Positions 8,944 through 18,652 of a stretch of DNA of 64,000 nt are shown here, one piece after another. The number at the start of each line of letters is the position of its first letter. The stretch's first letter is position 1. The notes under the pieces are model-generated. The model did no database searches. It was not told where the DNA came from and was given only the letters and a program-made list of their open reading frames with translations. The position numbers were made by a program, and so were the translations under genes. This DNA is from Myxococcota bacterium (GTDB lineage Bacteria; Myxococcota_A; Polyangia; Nannocystales; Nannocystaceae), in NCBI GenBank assembly GCA_039028615.1, contig JBCCHT010000015.1:170981-234980 (forward strand), read 5' to 3'.

Positions 8944-10746
8944 GTGACCGACGTGCTCGCCCGTGCCGCCGATGCCGTGTGGTCCTATCCCGTGGTCGGG
9001 CTGTGCCTGCTGTCGGCGCTGTTCTTCACCGTGTTCCTCCGCTTCGTGCAGCTGCGGGCGCTGCCTCATGCCATCGCGCTGCTGCTGGGGCGCTACGACT
9101 CCGAGGACGAGACGGGGAGCATCTCGCACTTCCAGGCGCTGGCCGCCGCGCTGTCGGGGACCATCGGCATCGGCAATATCGCCGGGGTCGCGATCGCGAT
9201 CGCGGTGGGGGGTCCGGGTGCGGTGCTGTGGATGTGGGTCACCGGCTTGCTCGGCATGGCCACCAAGTTCGTCGAGTGCACGCTGGGCACCACCTACCGC
9301 GAGGTCGACCCGGCGACGGGCAAGGCCCGCGGCGGCCCGATGTTCTACATCCTGGCCGGGCTGGGGGAGCGCTGGCGGCCGATGGCGGTGGTCTACGCCC
9401 TCATCATCGCCTTCGCCGGGTTCGGCTTCACGTGCATGTTCCAGAGCAACCAGGCCGCGGCCGCGCTGCTGACCCACTTCGCCATCCCGACCTATGTCAC
9501 CGGGCTGGCGCTGGCCGTGCTCACCGGGGCGGTCATCATCGGGGGGATCGAGAGCATCGGTCGGTGGGCGGCGCGGATCGTCCCCACGATGTGCATCATC
9601 TACGTGGGGGGCTCGGTGTTCATCTGCCTGTGGCAGTACGAGCTCATGCCGCAGGTGCTCGGGATCATCGTGCGGGACGGCATGTCGGGCGAGGCAGCGG
9701 CCGGCGGGGCTCTCGGCGCGATGATCATGTGGGGCGTTCGTCGGGCGATCTTCTCGAACGAGGCGGGTCTGGGGTCTGCCTCCATCGCCCACGCCGCGGT
9801 CAAGACGGACGAGCCGGTTCGCGAGGGGGTCGTGGCGTCGCTGGGGCCGCTCATCGACACCGTGATCGTGTCCGGGGCGACGGCCTTCGTGATCGTGCTT
9901 TCGGGGAACTATGGGGCGCTCAAGGACGGCAGCGTGCAGCGCCTGGCTGCGGCCGAGACGAGCGCGGCGGTTGGGTCCGCGACGCTCGAGGACGCCGCGG
10001 CCGATACCAGCACCTTCGGCGATCGGCTGGACGGGGTGACGGTGCACGCGGTCGAGGAGGGGAAGGCCGAGCCGTCCACGCTGAGCTTTCCGCTGCCCGC
10101 GGGAGCGATGAAGCACCATGGCATTCGCATCCCCGCGACGCTCCGGGCGGGTCGTTTGGAAGCCTCGCTGCGTACCGACCGGGACGTGCTGGCGACGCTC
10201 GGCATCGAGCCGGGTGCAGGTGGGCGGGTATGGGAGGCCCACACGCTGGCCTTCACCAAGGCGATGCGAGAGCAGGCGGGCGATGCCGCGATTCGGCTGG
10301 AGCTGGTCGCCATCGGCCCCGCAGCGACGGGGGAGGGGACGCCCTGGGCCTTCGTGGCCGCGCCGAGCTTGCTGGAGGAGCGCACGGGCATTTCCCTGAG
10401 CGCCGCCTCTTTCGATCGCTTCATCCCCGGGTTCGGCTCCATCTTCATCTCGATCGCCGGGTTCCTGTTCGCCCTGTCGACGATGATCACGTGGTCGTAC
10501 TACGGGGAGACCGCGAGCACCTGGGTGCTGGGCCCCCGCATGCTGACGCCCTACCGGGTGGTCTTCGTGGTCCTGGCGTTCGTGGGGGCCGTGCGCAAGC
10601 TCGAAGCGGTCATCAGCATCTCGGACCTGTTGGTGGGCCTTTTGGTGATCCCCAACGTCATCGCCTTGTTGCTGCTGTCCCCCAAGGTGGCGAAGTGGTC
10701 GCGCGAGTACTTCCAGCGACTCGCCGCGGGGGAGTTCGATCGCTAG
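8944..10746 (+). CDS. Alanine/glycine:cation symporter (AGCS, AlsT-like) with large inserted loop
   Basis: SHFQAL, GTIGIGNIAGVA, GGPGAVLWMW, RGGPMFYI, QSN, FSNEAGLGS, LFALSTMITWSYYG. Confidence 0.93.
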   Translation: MTDVLARAADAVWSYPVVGLCLLSALFFTVFLRFVQLRALPHAIALLLGRYDSEDETGSISHFQALAAALSGTIGIGNIAGVAIAIAVGGPGAVLWMWVTGLLGMATKFVECTLGTTYREVDPATGKARGGPMFYILAGLGERWRPMAVVYALIIAFAGFGFTCMFQSNQAAAALLTHFAIPTYVTGLALAVLTGAVIIGGIESIGRWAARIVPTMCIIYVGGSVFICLWQYELMPQVLGIIVRDGMSGEAAAGGALGAMIMWGVRRAIFSNEAGLGSASIAHAAVKTDEPVREGVVASLGPLIDTVIVSGATAFVIVLSGNYGALKDGSVQRLAAAETSAAVGSATLEDAAADTSTFGDRLDGVTVHAVEEGKAEPSTLSFPLPAGAMKHHGIRIPATLRAGRLEASLRTDRDVLATLGIEPGAGGRVWEAHTLAFTKAMREQAGDAAIRLELVAIGPAATGEGTPWAFVAAPSLLEERTGISLSAASFDRFIPGFGSIFISIAGFLFALSTMITWSYYGETASTWVLGPRMLTPYRVVFVVLAFVGAVRKLEAVISISDLLVGLLVIPNVIALLLLSPKVAKWSREYFQRLAAGEFDR

Positions 10747-11276
10747 CGGTCGAGCAGCCAGCCGAGCCCGCGTTCGAAATGGTCGAGCGACAGCGGGCTC
10801 GGCCGCGATGCGCCGGCCGAAAACGCGAAGCCGTGGGTGTAGTCGATGATGACGCCCAGGGCGGTCTCGAGCTCGGCTTCGGGGACGCCCCGTTCCCGTA
10901 GCTGCACGCGGACCCGCTCGGTCAGCGTGGTCAGCTCGTCGCTCATCAGCGAGAGGTCGGACAGGACGTACGCGGCCAGGTTCGGGTGGGCGACGACGCG
11001 CTGGCAGTAGCGCATGAGCAGCGCGACCAACGGTCGTCCTGCGTCACCGACCTCGACTTCGGAGGCAACCCCCGCGTAGACGCGCTCCACGAGGCTCGCG
11101 AACAATTCCCGACGTGTGCCCACGTGGTAGGCGATGGACCGCGGGGTGACGCCCAGCGCCGACGCCAGCGCCCGGAACGTGACGCTCCGTTCGCCCTGCT
11201 CGTCGAGGCGAAGCAGCGCCGCGTCGAGGATCGACGCCTCGTTCAGCCGGGCGGCGCCCTTTTTAGGACGTCCGAT
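10743..11276 (-). CDS. TetR/AcrR family transcriptional regulator (apparent ATC start)
   Basis: The frame extends beyond the ORF-track start as (I/M)GRPKKGAARLNEASILDAAL...VTFRALASALGVTPRSIAYHV, a full HTH; AGGAGG lies 6 nt before ATC at 11276; TetR_C-like YTHGFA, FERGL. Confidence 0.85.
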   Translation of the reverse strand: MGRPKKGAARLNEASILDAALLRLDEQGERSVTFRALASALGVTPRSIAYHVGTRRELFASLVERVYAGVASEVEVGDAGRPLVALLMRYCQRVVAHPNLAAYVLSDLSLMSDELTTLTERVRVQLRERGVPEAELETALGVIIDYTHGFAFSAGASRPSPLSLDHFERGLGWLLDR

Positions 11277-11832
11277 CTCGAGCCTCCTCTGGGTACGTTG
11301 GAATGAGGCGATACTCGAGCTGGACCAGCCCGTTGTCGAAGCTCGTCGAGTCGCGCAGCTCGAGGTCGATGTCCTGCGGCAGCGACCCGAACAATCGCAG
11401 CCCTTCGCCGATCAAGATGGGCACGATGCTCAGCACGATGTCCTCCACGAGCCCGGCGCGAATGAAGGACTGCACGAGCCGGCCCCCGTCGACGTAGGCC
11501 CGCGACCAACCCTCCTCATCGAGCTGCTGCATCAAGGCGGCTGGTTCGAGGGTAGAGAGGCGGACGACGTCCTTCAGCTCGGGCGGGATGTCGTCCGGCT
11601 TCAGGCTCTTGCTCATGACGACCGCTGGCTTGTCGTAGGGCCAGTCTCCGAACTCCAGCACCGTCTCGAACGAGCCTCGCCCCATGACGATGCCATCCAC
11701 GCTGGCCGCGAAGGCCTTGTACCCGTAGTCGCTGCCGACCGACGGGAGCTTGGTGAGCCAGTCGATGCCGTGGTTCGGGCGGGCGACGAACCCATCGAGT
11801 GACTGCGCCATGAACACGTGTCCGGTGGTCAT
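11263..11832 (-). CDS. Dihydrofolate reductase-like (RibD C-terminal domain) protein
   Basis: MAQSLDGFVA, MGRGSF, YVDGG, GLVEDIVLSIVPILIGEGLRLF. Confidence 0.9.
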   Translation of the reverse strand: MTTGHVFMAQSLDGFVARPNHGIDWLTKLPSVGSDYGYKAFAASVDGIVMGRGSFETVLEFGDWPYDKPAVVMSKSLKPDDIPPELKDVVRLSTLEPAALMQQLDEEGWSRAYVDGGRLVQSFIRAGLVEDIVLSIVPILIGEGLRLFGSLPQDIDLELRDSTSFDNGLVQLEYRLIPTYPEEARDRTS

Positions 11833-11834
11833 GG

Positions 11835-11867
11835 TGCAGTTTATTACACTTAGTATAATAAACTGCA
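11835..11867. promoter_or_regulatory. 33-bp AT-rich palindromic operator overlapping the promoter of the DHFR-like/TetR operon
   Basis: TGCAGTTTATTA-CACTTAGTA-TAATAAACTGCA with 12-bp perfect arms, 2 nt from the ATG at 11832. Confidence 0.8.
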
Positions 11868-11886
11868 AACAGGCTGCTACGGGCCG

Positions 11887-12345
11887 TCAGCGGGGCCCGA
11901 GAAGCTCGATGCTCAGCGCGCGGAGTTCTTTTTCGGTGGCGCGGAACGACTCGGCGAAGTCGCAGCTCACGCTCACCTCGGCTGCCTCCCCGAGCTGTTC
12001 TTGCAGGCTCTCGACGGTGGGGATCGCCTTGCGAATGGCCGCGTCGGCGCGGGCCCGCTCCGACTCGTTCATGCTCCCCTTGCCCAGGCGACCGAAGTGC
12101 CAGTGCATGTCGTCGAACGCCTTGCGGGTGAGTACCTCGCGGCACGGGGCTTCGGGCGCGGGCGCGTCTTTGGCCTCTTCGGGCGACTCGGCGGCGGGGG
12201 CCGGGGCAGGGTCCGCCTTGGCGGCGGCCGGAGCCTTGGCGGCGGGAGCCGACTGGGCCTTGGACCCGTCGTCGCATCCGGTCACGATGCCGCCCAGACC
12301 GAGCAGGAGTACGGAGATACGAAAGAACGTGGAGCCGCGCCGCAT
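11887..12345 (-). CDS. Hypothetical lipoprotein with Ala/Pro/Lys linker
   Basis: MRRGSTFFRISVLLLGLGGIVTGC lipobox; AAKAPAAAKADPAPAP linker. Confidence 0.7.
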   Translation of the reverse strand: MRRGSTFFRISVLLLGLGGIVTGCDDGSKAQSAPAAKAPAAAKADPAPAPAAESPEEAKDAPAPEAPCREVLTRKAFDDMHWHFGRLGKGSMNESERARADAAIRKAIPTVESLQEQLGEAAEVSVSCDFAESFRATEKELRALSIELLGPR

Positions 12346-12477
12346 GAAGTGTCGATGGACGCGGAGGTGTCCACGGGTATTCCAACAAAGGGCGAGTTTC
12401 GACCAATCCATCCCATGTTTCGCGCAGACCGTCCCTTGCTGGAGGCAAGCGGTCATGGTGCTGACTACGCTGCCACT

Positions 12478-13695
12478 GTGAATCGTAGATTCGTGGTGTG
12501 GATGGCGGCCGGGCTGGCTTCGCTCGGTGTCGGATGCGATGGCTGTGGGGGGTCCGGTGGGCTCGGTACCTTCACGGGGGGAGGCAGCGGAGGCGACTTC
12601 GACTCCGACCGTCGGCCCTATCGCGACGAGTGGCGCCTCGAGGCCGAGATCGACTTCCCGACCGAGGAGATCGTCGAACTCGTGGTCGGAGGCACCCGCT
12701 TCAACGACAACTTCGGCAACAACGGCGACATCATCGTCCGCTTCGACGGGCCGCCCGATCTCATGACGGTGGAGCTTCGTCGCTTCACCACGACCACGTC
12801 CCAGGCCCTGGCCGAGCTCGACTACGCCGATTTGCACCTGTGGGCGTACTCGGGGGCCCTGGCGCATCCCGAGTCCAAGACGGCCGAGGAAGACTGCGTG
12901 CTCCAGGGGTGGAGCTCGAGCTGTGCGCTGCGGGTGCACTACGACGGGCTGTCTCAGCTGGTGCGCTCGGGCGCCGACATTCGCGTCACGCTGCCGCCTG
13001 ATTTCCGCAATCGCTTGTCGTTGACCACCGAGGACAACACCGCGGGCACCGGCTACCACAACCGCGGCGATGTCTGCATCGAGGGGCTCAACGCCAGCGC
13101 CGACATCGAGCTCGGCAGTGGGCGCGTGTTCGTGGCCATGGATCCGGCGATCACTCCGGCACCGCGATGCACCGCCGAGCAGGTCGCGGCGTGCGAGAAC
13201 TGGACGACGACCAACGAGCAGGGCCAGACGGTGCCCGCACCGTGGGACCTGCAGTGCGACTGCCTCGTTCAGCTCGACGGAGCGTTCGGCAACTTGACCG
13301 TGGACGGGCGGGATGCCAACTCCACCGAGATCACCATCGACATGCCCGCGGATCTATGGAGCTCCATCCGGGTCGGCAACGATGGTCAGGGGCAGTCTCG
13401 TGACGGGGTGCACTGCGATGCCGCCGTCGAGGTGCCCGGGTGGGAGGAGGCCGACATCGGCAACGAATTCCCCTGGGAAGCGCGCGGCTTCACCAACTAT
13501 CCGGGCGAGCCCGCGACCACGGGCGCTGGCTACTCGGTGCTCGCGACCTCGGCCGCCTGCGGCCCGGTGAGCCACACCAACAGTCCCGAGGAGTTCGTGG
13601 GCGAGGACGGTGAGCAGGAGGTCTTCGATCGCGGCAACATCCAGATCTGCTCCGGCTGCATCGCGCTGGGCTGCGACGACCTGCTCGACGATTGA
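12478..13695 (+). CDS. Cys-rich acidic lipoprotein, possibly DUF4097/adhesin-like beta repeats
   Basis: GTG start, signal ending LGVGC; ADIRVTLP, GDVCIEGLNASADIELGSGRV; GC3-biased frame. Confidence 0.7.
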   Translation: MNRRFVVWMAAGLASLGVGCDGCGGSGGLGTFTGGGSGGDFDSDRRPYRDEWRLEAEIDFPTEEIVELVVGGTRFNDNFGNNGDIIVRFDGPPDLMTVELRRFTTTTSQALAELDYADLHLWAYSGALAHPESKTAEEDCVLQGWSSSCALRVHYDGLSQLVRSGADIRVTLPPDFRNRLSLTTEDNTAGTGYHNRGDVCIEGLNASADIELGSGRVFVAMDPAITPAPRCTAEQVAACENWTTTNEQGQTVPAPWDLQCDCLVQLDGAFGNLTVDGRDANSTEITIDMPADLWSSIRVGNDGQGQSRDGVHCDAAVEVPGWEEADIGNEFPWEARGFTNYPGEPATTGAGYSVLATSAACGPVSHTNSPEEFVGEDGEQEVFDRGNIQICSGCIALGCDDLLDD

Positions 13696-13714
13696 AGCCG
13701 CTCCTGGTTCGGGC

Positions 13715-15223
13715 TCAGCCGGGCGGGACCGCGAAGGGCGGCCGCGACAGGCCTGCCGTGCAGGCATCGTCGAGGGCGGCGGGCTCGGGGTTCTCGAAGA
13801 ACCGCCCGGTGAGCGAGGACTCGCACTCACGGGCATTCGAAGTGCCGTGACCCACGTTGGGCAGCGCCACCACCCGCGAGTTGGACAGGGTCGAGGCGGC
13901 GCTACGAGCCGTGGCCGGAGGCGTGACCGGGTCGAGCTCGCCGGCCATCAGCAGCACGGGCACGTCGCTGGTCACGGGTTCGAGGTACTCCGTGGGCAAC
14001 GCGGCGCGGGGCCAGGGCTCGCACGCGTGACGCAGGCCGTCGAGTGGGGCCGTGCCCATGAACGTTCCCCGGGCCGCGTCGTCGGTGGCCGTGGTCAGCA
14101 GCGGAATGTCTTCGGAACAGGCGACCGACAAGAACATGCCCAGGTGGATCTGGCTGATGATGGCGACCGTGAGCGGCACCATGAGTGAGAGCATGGGCTC
14201 GTAGTTGCCCGCATCGGCGGCGGTCAACATCGCGGGGAGCCCGGCCGACCACGACGCGTCGTAGAGCGTCAGGCGCAGGCCATCGGCGAACATCTCCCGG
14301 GTGAGGGTGATGGTGGCCGGCTGCTTGGTGCGTGGATCGGTGACGGTGACCTCGGCGGGCGCCTTGGCGAGCCGGTCGAGGATGCGATCGAGGGTGGCGG
14401 CACCGTCGGGTAGAACGCGGGCGCACCCCGCATCGGCGGCACAGTCGGCGATGAGCCGCTCGAAGGCCGCTTGGCCAACGGGGGCGAAGGTGGCGGGGAA
14501 GGGCTGTCCGGGAGGGGCGACGCCCCACAGCACCGCGCTGCGCACGTGCTCGCCGTGCTGCCGGATGTAAGCGAGGCCCGCCCGGGTCCCGTACGAACCG
14601 CCCCACAGGTTGATGGTGTCGTAGCCCAGGGCGGCTCGCACATCGTCGAGGTCGTCCATGGCGGTGGGGGTGGCGTACTGGGTGAGGTCGGCGGGCAGCT
14701 CGTCGCGACACTGTCTCAGGAACGCGTGGTTGTCGGGGTGCCAGGGGCCGCGCAGCATGGCGTCGAGGGACTCGGGGACGCACTGCAGGCCGTTGGACGC
14801 GCCCGTGCCCCGCTGGTCGACGAACACCAGCGGGCGGGTCTCGTTGGCCCGAGCCAGGGAGGCACCCGCGATGGGCAGGGCTTGGGTCGCCGCTTGGCCG
14901 GGGCCGCCCGCGAGCACGAAGACCGGGTCGGGCTGCGCCTCGTCGGCGTTCTTGGGCGGGAGCACGACGAAGGCGAGGTCGATGGTGCGGCCGGAGGCGG
15001 TCGCCCGGTTCTCGAAGACCTTCACCGAGCCGCAGCGCGCCCGCGCGGACAGGCCCCGCGGGCAGTTGGCCTCGGTTACCACCGGACTCGGAGTGGTGGC
15101 AGTCTCGGGGGGCTGCGAGCCCTCGGTGGGGACCGTGACGGCGGTGTCTGGGCGGCACCCCGCCGTCCCGAGGGCGAGGAACAGGCCGTAGTGGGCCAGT
15201 CGAGGGCGCGCAGACATTCGCAT
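13715..15223 (-). CDS. Alpha/beta hydrolase lipoprotein, TAP-like (peptidase S33)
   Basis: Lipobox TAGC; LAGGPG, DQRGTG, GGSYG nucleophile, DPVTP, GHG. Confidence 0.9.
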   Translation of the reverse strand: MRMSARPRLAHYGLFLALGTAGCRPDTAVTVPTEGSQPPETATTPSPVVTEANCPRGLSARARCGSVKVFENRATASGRTIDLAFVVLPPKNADEAQPDPVFVLAGGPGQAATQALPIAGASLARANETRPLVFVDQRGTGASNGLQCVPESLDAMLRGPWHPDNHAFLRQCRDELPADLTQYATPTAMDDLDDVRAALGYDTINLWGGSYGTRAGLAYIRQHGEHVRSAVLWGVAPPGQPFPATFAPVGQAAFERLIADCAADAGCARVLPDGAATLDRILDRLAKAPAEVTVTDPRTKQPATITLTREMFADGLRLTLYDASWSAGLPAMLTAADAGNYEPMLSLMVPLTVAIISQIHLGMFLSVACSEDIPLLTTATDDAARGTFMGTAPLDGLRHACEPWPRAALPTEYLEPVTSDVPVLLMAGELDPVTPPATARSAASTLSNSRVVALPNVGHGTSNARECESSLTGRFFENPEPAALDDACTAGLSRPPFAVPPG

Positions 15224-15284
15224 GGGCCTTTCGACACCGGAGGGTACACGAAGGTTGCACCTCGGCCGGCCGCGCGAATGTGCG

Positions 15285-15950
15285 TCAGGCCGTGGGTTCG
15301 AGGGCGGCGACGAGCTCGGCCCCGTCCTCGTCCTGCTCGTCCTCGGCCTCTTGTTGGGCGCGGGCGGCCTCGAGGGCGCGGACCGCCTGGTTGTGGTCGG
15401 CGATGAGGATCGAGCCGCCGAGGACATCGGTGACCCACATCAGCGCGAGCAGCAGAAACCGCCCCGCCCCGAGGGGCACCAGCATCACCACGAGCAGGGA
15501 GAAGAAGAACAACATCCCGGCACGACGGCTTCTGCCCGCGTGCAGATGGGTGACCCCGAATAGCGGGAGAAAGGGGATGAACAAGATCAGCGGGAGGATC
15601 CCCCAGGACTTGCGCTTGGTCTGAGCCGTCGGCTCGACGCCGTCGTTGGCGGCTACGGGCTCGGCGTTTCGGTACGGCGAACCGGGGGCCGGGTCTTCGC
15701 CTTCGCGCTCGGGCTGATCGAAGGGCCCCACGATGTCTTCCACGACTTCGCGGGCGAGCGCCAGCCCGGCCCGCGGCACGAACACGCGAGGAGGGATCAT
15801 GGCGCCGTGCAGCGGGCCCAACACGCCGTACGCATGTTCGCCGTGGATCTGGCAGGGCACGCCGCGCGCCTCGAGGGTGGCGCGGACCGTCTGCAACTCC
15901 GCGATGGAGTGACACTCGACCAACAGGACCCAGTCGCGTTCCGACGCCAT
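15285..15950 (-). CDS. DUF2007 (putative signal-transducing) domain membrane protein
   Basis: ELQTVRATLEARGVPCQIHGE...RVFVP; SPYR motif; three C-terminal TM segments. Confidence 0.72.
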   Translation of the reverse strand: MASERDWVLLVECHSIAELQTVRATLEARGVPCQIHGEHAYGVLGPLHGAMIPPRVFVPRAGLALAREVVEDIVGPFDQPEREGEDPAPGSPYRNAEPVAANDGVEPTAQTKRKSWGILPLILFIPFLPLFGVTHLHAGRSRRAGMLFFFSLLVVMLVPLGAGRFLLLALMWVTDVLGGSILIADHNQAVRALEAARAQQEAEDEQDEDGAELVAALEPTA

Positions 15951-16195
15951 CGACCCGACTATAGTGATCGCCGACCGCAATCTCTGACACTCTCTCGCCG
16001 CAGCCGCCGTCGATTTCGAACGGCAGGCCACGGGACCCGCTGGCACGGACTCGGGGAACGAACACCGTTGGTCCGCTACGCACCTCGGACTCGACGCGAC
16101 GAGCCGAGCGCGCGTCGTTCCGCGGTATCGTTCGTGGCCGGGTCTGGTGAAGACCGGCCCGTCTACTGTCACAACCCGCTCCCATCGAGGACCCC

Positions 16196-17140
16196 ATGCC
16201 CGATCCGACCTCGAGTGCTCCCTCTCGAGACAAGGCCGTGTATCACGCCCACAAGCTGCGTCACGGCATCACTCACACCTTCCCCGACGGCGGCGTACCG
16301 GAGATGACCGTGCTGCTCGGACCGCTGGCGACTCGGCCGGGGCAGGACGTCAACCTCTCGCTCGTCTATCCCGCCCTCGACGATCGACCCGCGCCCACGA
16401 TCCGAGTTCGCTTCGTCACGAAGAAGCAGTTTCCCGAGATCATTCAGTGCGGACCAGATGCCCCCGCGGTCCCGGCTGGGTTTCACCAGTGGCCCACCGT
16501 GCCCGTCGAAGAGCGACAGGGCCGCGACGAGGTCGTGCTGGACGACGAAGCGCCCGGGCAGATGAAGGACAGCTGGCGCCGACGCATGCAGGTGCCGGAA
16601 CAAGAGCCCATGCCCGAGGCGGTCGCGGTGGCCCAGCACGCGCTGCGCTTCGTCGCCGACGAGCGCGAAGGCGTCTACGTGATCGAGGTCGATTGCGGCG
16701 AGCAGCCCGAAGGGCCCTACGAAGGAGCGCGGCACGTGCACTACGTCGACCACGTGTTCCTGTACAACCGGGCGCCCTCCAAGTTCCCCACGCCGGAGGT
16801 GGAGGACCTCGGCGAGCTGCTGCGCGATGCGGTCAACTTGTCGACCAAGCACGGCTACGTGTGGTTCGTGCATCCCATCTTCGTGGCCGAGCAGATGCTC
16901 AATGTCACCGTCGCGAAGGAGGTCCGCGAAGAGACCTGCTACTGCGAAGACCTGCCCGACGATCTCCCGGCATACGACGACCAGCTGCTCGGGCTCATCT
17001 ACGGGCGGACGCTGGCCGGCATGCAGCGGATCTGCCTCGACCTCGACGTCGAAGCGGACGAGTGCGTGGAGACGGACGCCATGGCGGTACAGGTCGACAA
17101 CCCGGTCGAACTGACCAAGCTCTTCGAGGAGATGCGCTGA
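16196..17140 (+). CDS. Hypothetical acidic cytoplasmic protein
   Basis: SD GAGGA before ATG; 314-aa GC3-biased ORF; no recognised motif. Confidence 0.8.
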   Translation: MPDPTSSAPSRDKAVYHAHKLRHGITHTFPDGGVPEMTVLLGPLATRPGQDVNLSLVYPALDDRPAPTIRVRFVTKKQFPEIIQCGPDAPAVPAGFHQWPTVPVEERQGRDEVVLDDEAPGQMKDSWRRRMQVPEQEPMPEAVAVAQHALRFVADEREGVYVIEVDCGEQPEGPYEGARHVHYVDHVFLYNRAPSKFPTPEVEDLGELLRDAVNLSTKHGYVWFVHPIFVAEQMLNVTVAKEVREETCYCEDLPDDLPAYDDQLLGLIYGRTLAGMQRICLDLDVEADECVETDAMAVQVDNPVELTKLFEEMR

Positions 17141-18585
17141 TGGCCTTCTCTCCCGGAACCTTCGACATCTTGGCCGAGGTGCATCCCGCGGCGCTCGACG
17201 TGGTGATCGACATCATCCTCGAGCAGCTGCGTGCCCAGGGCAAGACCACCTTCACCCAGACCATCGGCAGCAGCGGCACCGCAATTGGGGGCCAGGTCGA
17301 CGTGGAACTCACCGACCTCAGCGTACCCGGCGTGCGCAGCCTCGATCTGGCCGATCGCTTCAAGCCGGGCAACACACTGGCGAGCTTCCGCGTCGATGCG
17401 CAGCTCCAGGTCACCGTGACCGTCTTCGGCTTGACCAATACCCTGACCGAGAGCTTCTTCATCTCGCTGGTCGACCTGCAGTTCGGCATCTTCACCACGC
17501 CGGGCGGGCTGCCCGTGGGGGTCTCGCTCGGACTTCAGCAGATCGACATCGACGCCGGAGGGCTCCAGACGCTGCGGGCCCTCAACCCTGCGCTCGACGT
17601 GTTGGCCGACTTCATCGCGCTCGGTGTGCGGACCCTGCTGTCGCCGCTGGGGCTGGTGCCGATTCCGATCCTGCAGTTCGCGGATGCGTTCGTGCAGCTG
17701 GGGCTCTCGTTCGAGCCTCCCTCGCCGCACCTGGGCACCAACCAGGCCGGGGATGCGCTGGCCATCGCGGCGGACTTCAAGGCGGCGGGCAACAGCAGCG
17801 ACATCGCCGTCGTCACCGACATCATCCCCGCGGGGAGCCCCTTCAACGTGGCCACCGTGCTGGCGGATCGCCCCATCAACCAGCTTCTGCCCTCGCTGCT
17901 GGCCAGCAACCAGCTGCCCCGCAGCATTCCCACCTCGGGGGCGAACTTCTCGGTGCGGTCCACCAACGTCGCGTTCCTCGATCCCGGGGCGCGGGCGAGC
18001 CGGATTCAGGTCGACGCTCACGCCTCGGCTCGCATCAAGGTGCGCAAGGGCGGGTTCTTCGGCAGCCTCTTCGGCAAGAAGAAGAAGGTCACCATCCACG
18101 CCTACGCCCGGATGACGCTCGATGCCAGCGTGGTCGATGATCCCGCCACCCAGCTGGCGGTGGTCGATTTTGCCTTCGAGGCGACCTTGCAGGCACGGGC
18201 GACGATTCAGAGCGTCCTGGTGGGCACGCTGACCGTGCTGCTGGCGCCCTTCATCGTGCCGTTTTTCATGCTCCTCAGTCAGGTCATCAACTTCGCCGCC
18301 GACCAGCTGTTGCCGCTGAGCTTCGACTTCAAGGTCAGCGGCTCGGATCTCGAGGTGCGCTTGACCAAGCTCCAGACGAACCTGCGGCTGGCCTCGGCCG
18401 GCTTCACCGAGGCGACGGTGGCGATGCGGCTCGATGCTCGCGGTGATGGTCGATTTGCCCTCGACCACTTCACGCGCCATCAGATCCAGCAGACGGGCAT
18501 CCCGCTGAAGGTCGGGTACGAGCCGACCTCGCTGGCCTCTCGGGCGGGCGAGCTGTTCTTGGGCGTGGAGCTGGCCAAGCGCTGA
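17140..18585 (+). CDS. Hypothetical beta-rich protein (possible TULIP/BPI-like fold)
   Basis: TGATG coupling to upstream gene, SD GAGGAG; MAFSPGTFDILAEV...; long amphipathic beta segments and a hydrophobic helix. Confidence 0.8.
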   Translation: MAFSPGTFDILAEVHPAALDVVIDIILEQLRAQGKTTFTQTIGSSGTAIGGQVDVELTDLSVPGVRSLDLADRFKPGNTLASFRVDAQLQVTVTVFGLTNTLTESFFISLVDLQFGIFTTPGGLPVGVSLGLQQIDIDAGGLQTLRALNPALDVLADFIALGVRTLLSPLGLVPIPILQFADAFVQLGLSFEPPSPHLGTNQAGDALAIAADFKAAGNSSDIAVVTDIIPAGSPFNVATVLADRPINQLLPSLLASNQLPRSIPTSGANFSVRSTNVAFLDPGARASRIQVDAHASARIKVRKGGFFGSLFGKKKKVTIHAYARMTLDASVVDDPATQLAVVDFAFEATLQARATIQSVLVGTLTVLLAPFIVPFFMLLSQVINFAADQLLPLSFDFKVSGSDLEVRLTKLQTNLRLASAGFTEATVAMRLDARGDGRFALDHFTRHQIQQTGIPLKVGYEPTSLASRAGELFLGVELAKR

Positions 18586-18652
18586 GCGAGGTGGGGCGTC
18601 GGGTCGTCGCGAGGCGATGGACCCGGCGCCGCGCATGCGCCAGACTGCCGCC

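Noticed and set aside
16147..17139. ORF-track N-terminal extensions (16147..18585; likewise 2064, 12001, 13059, 29180, 63188 starts)
   Set aside because: The extensions overlap other real genes; internal starts with SDs, signal peptides or stop-start coupling fit better.
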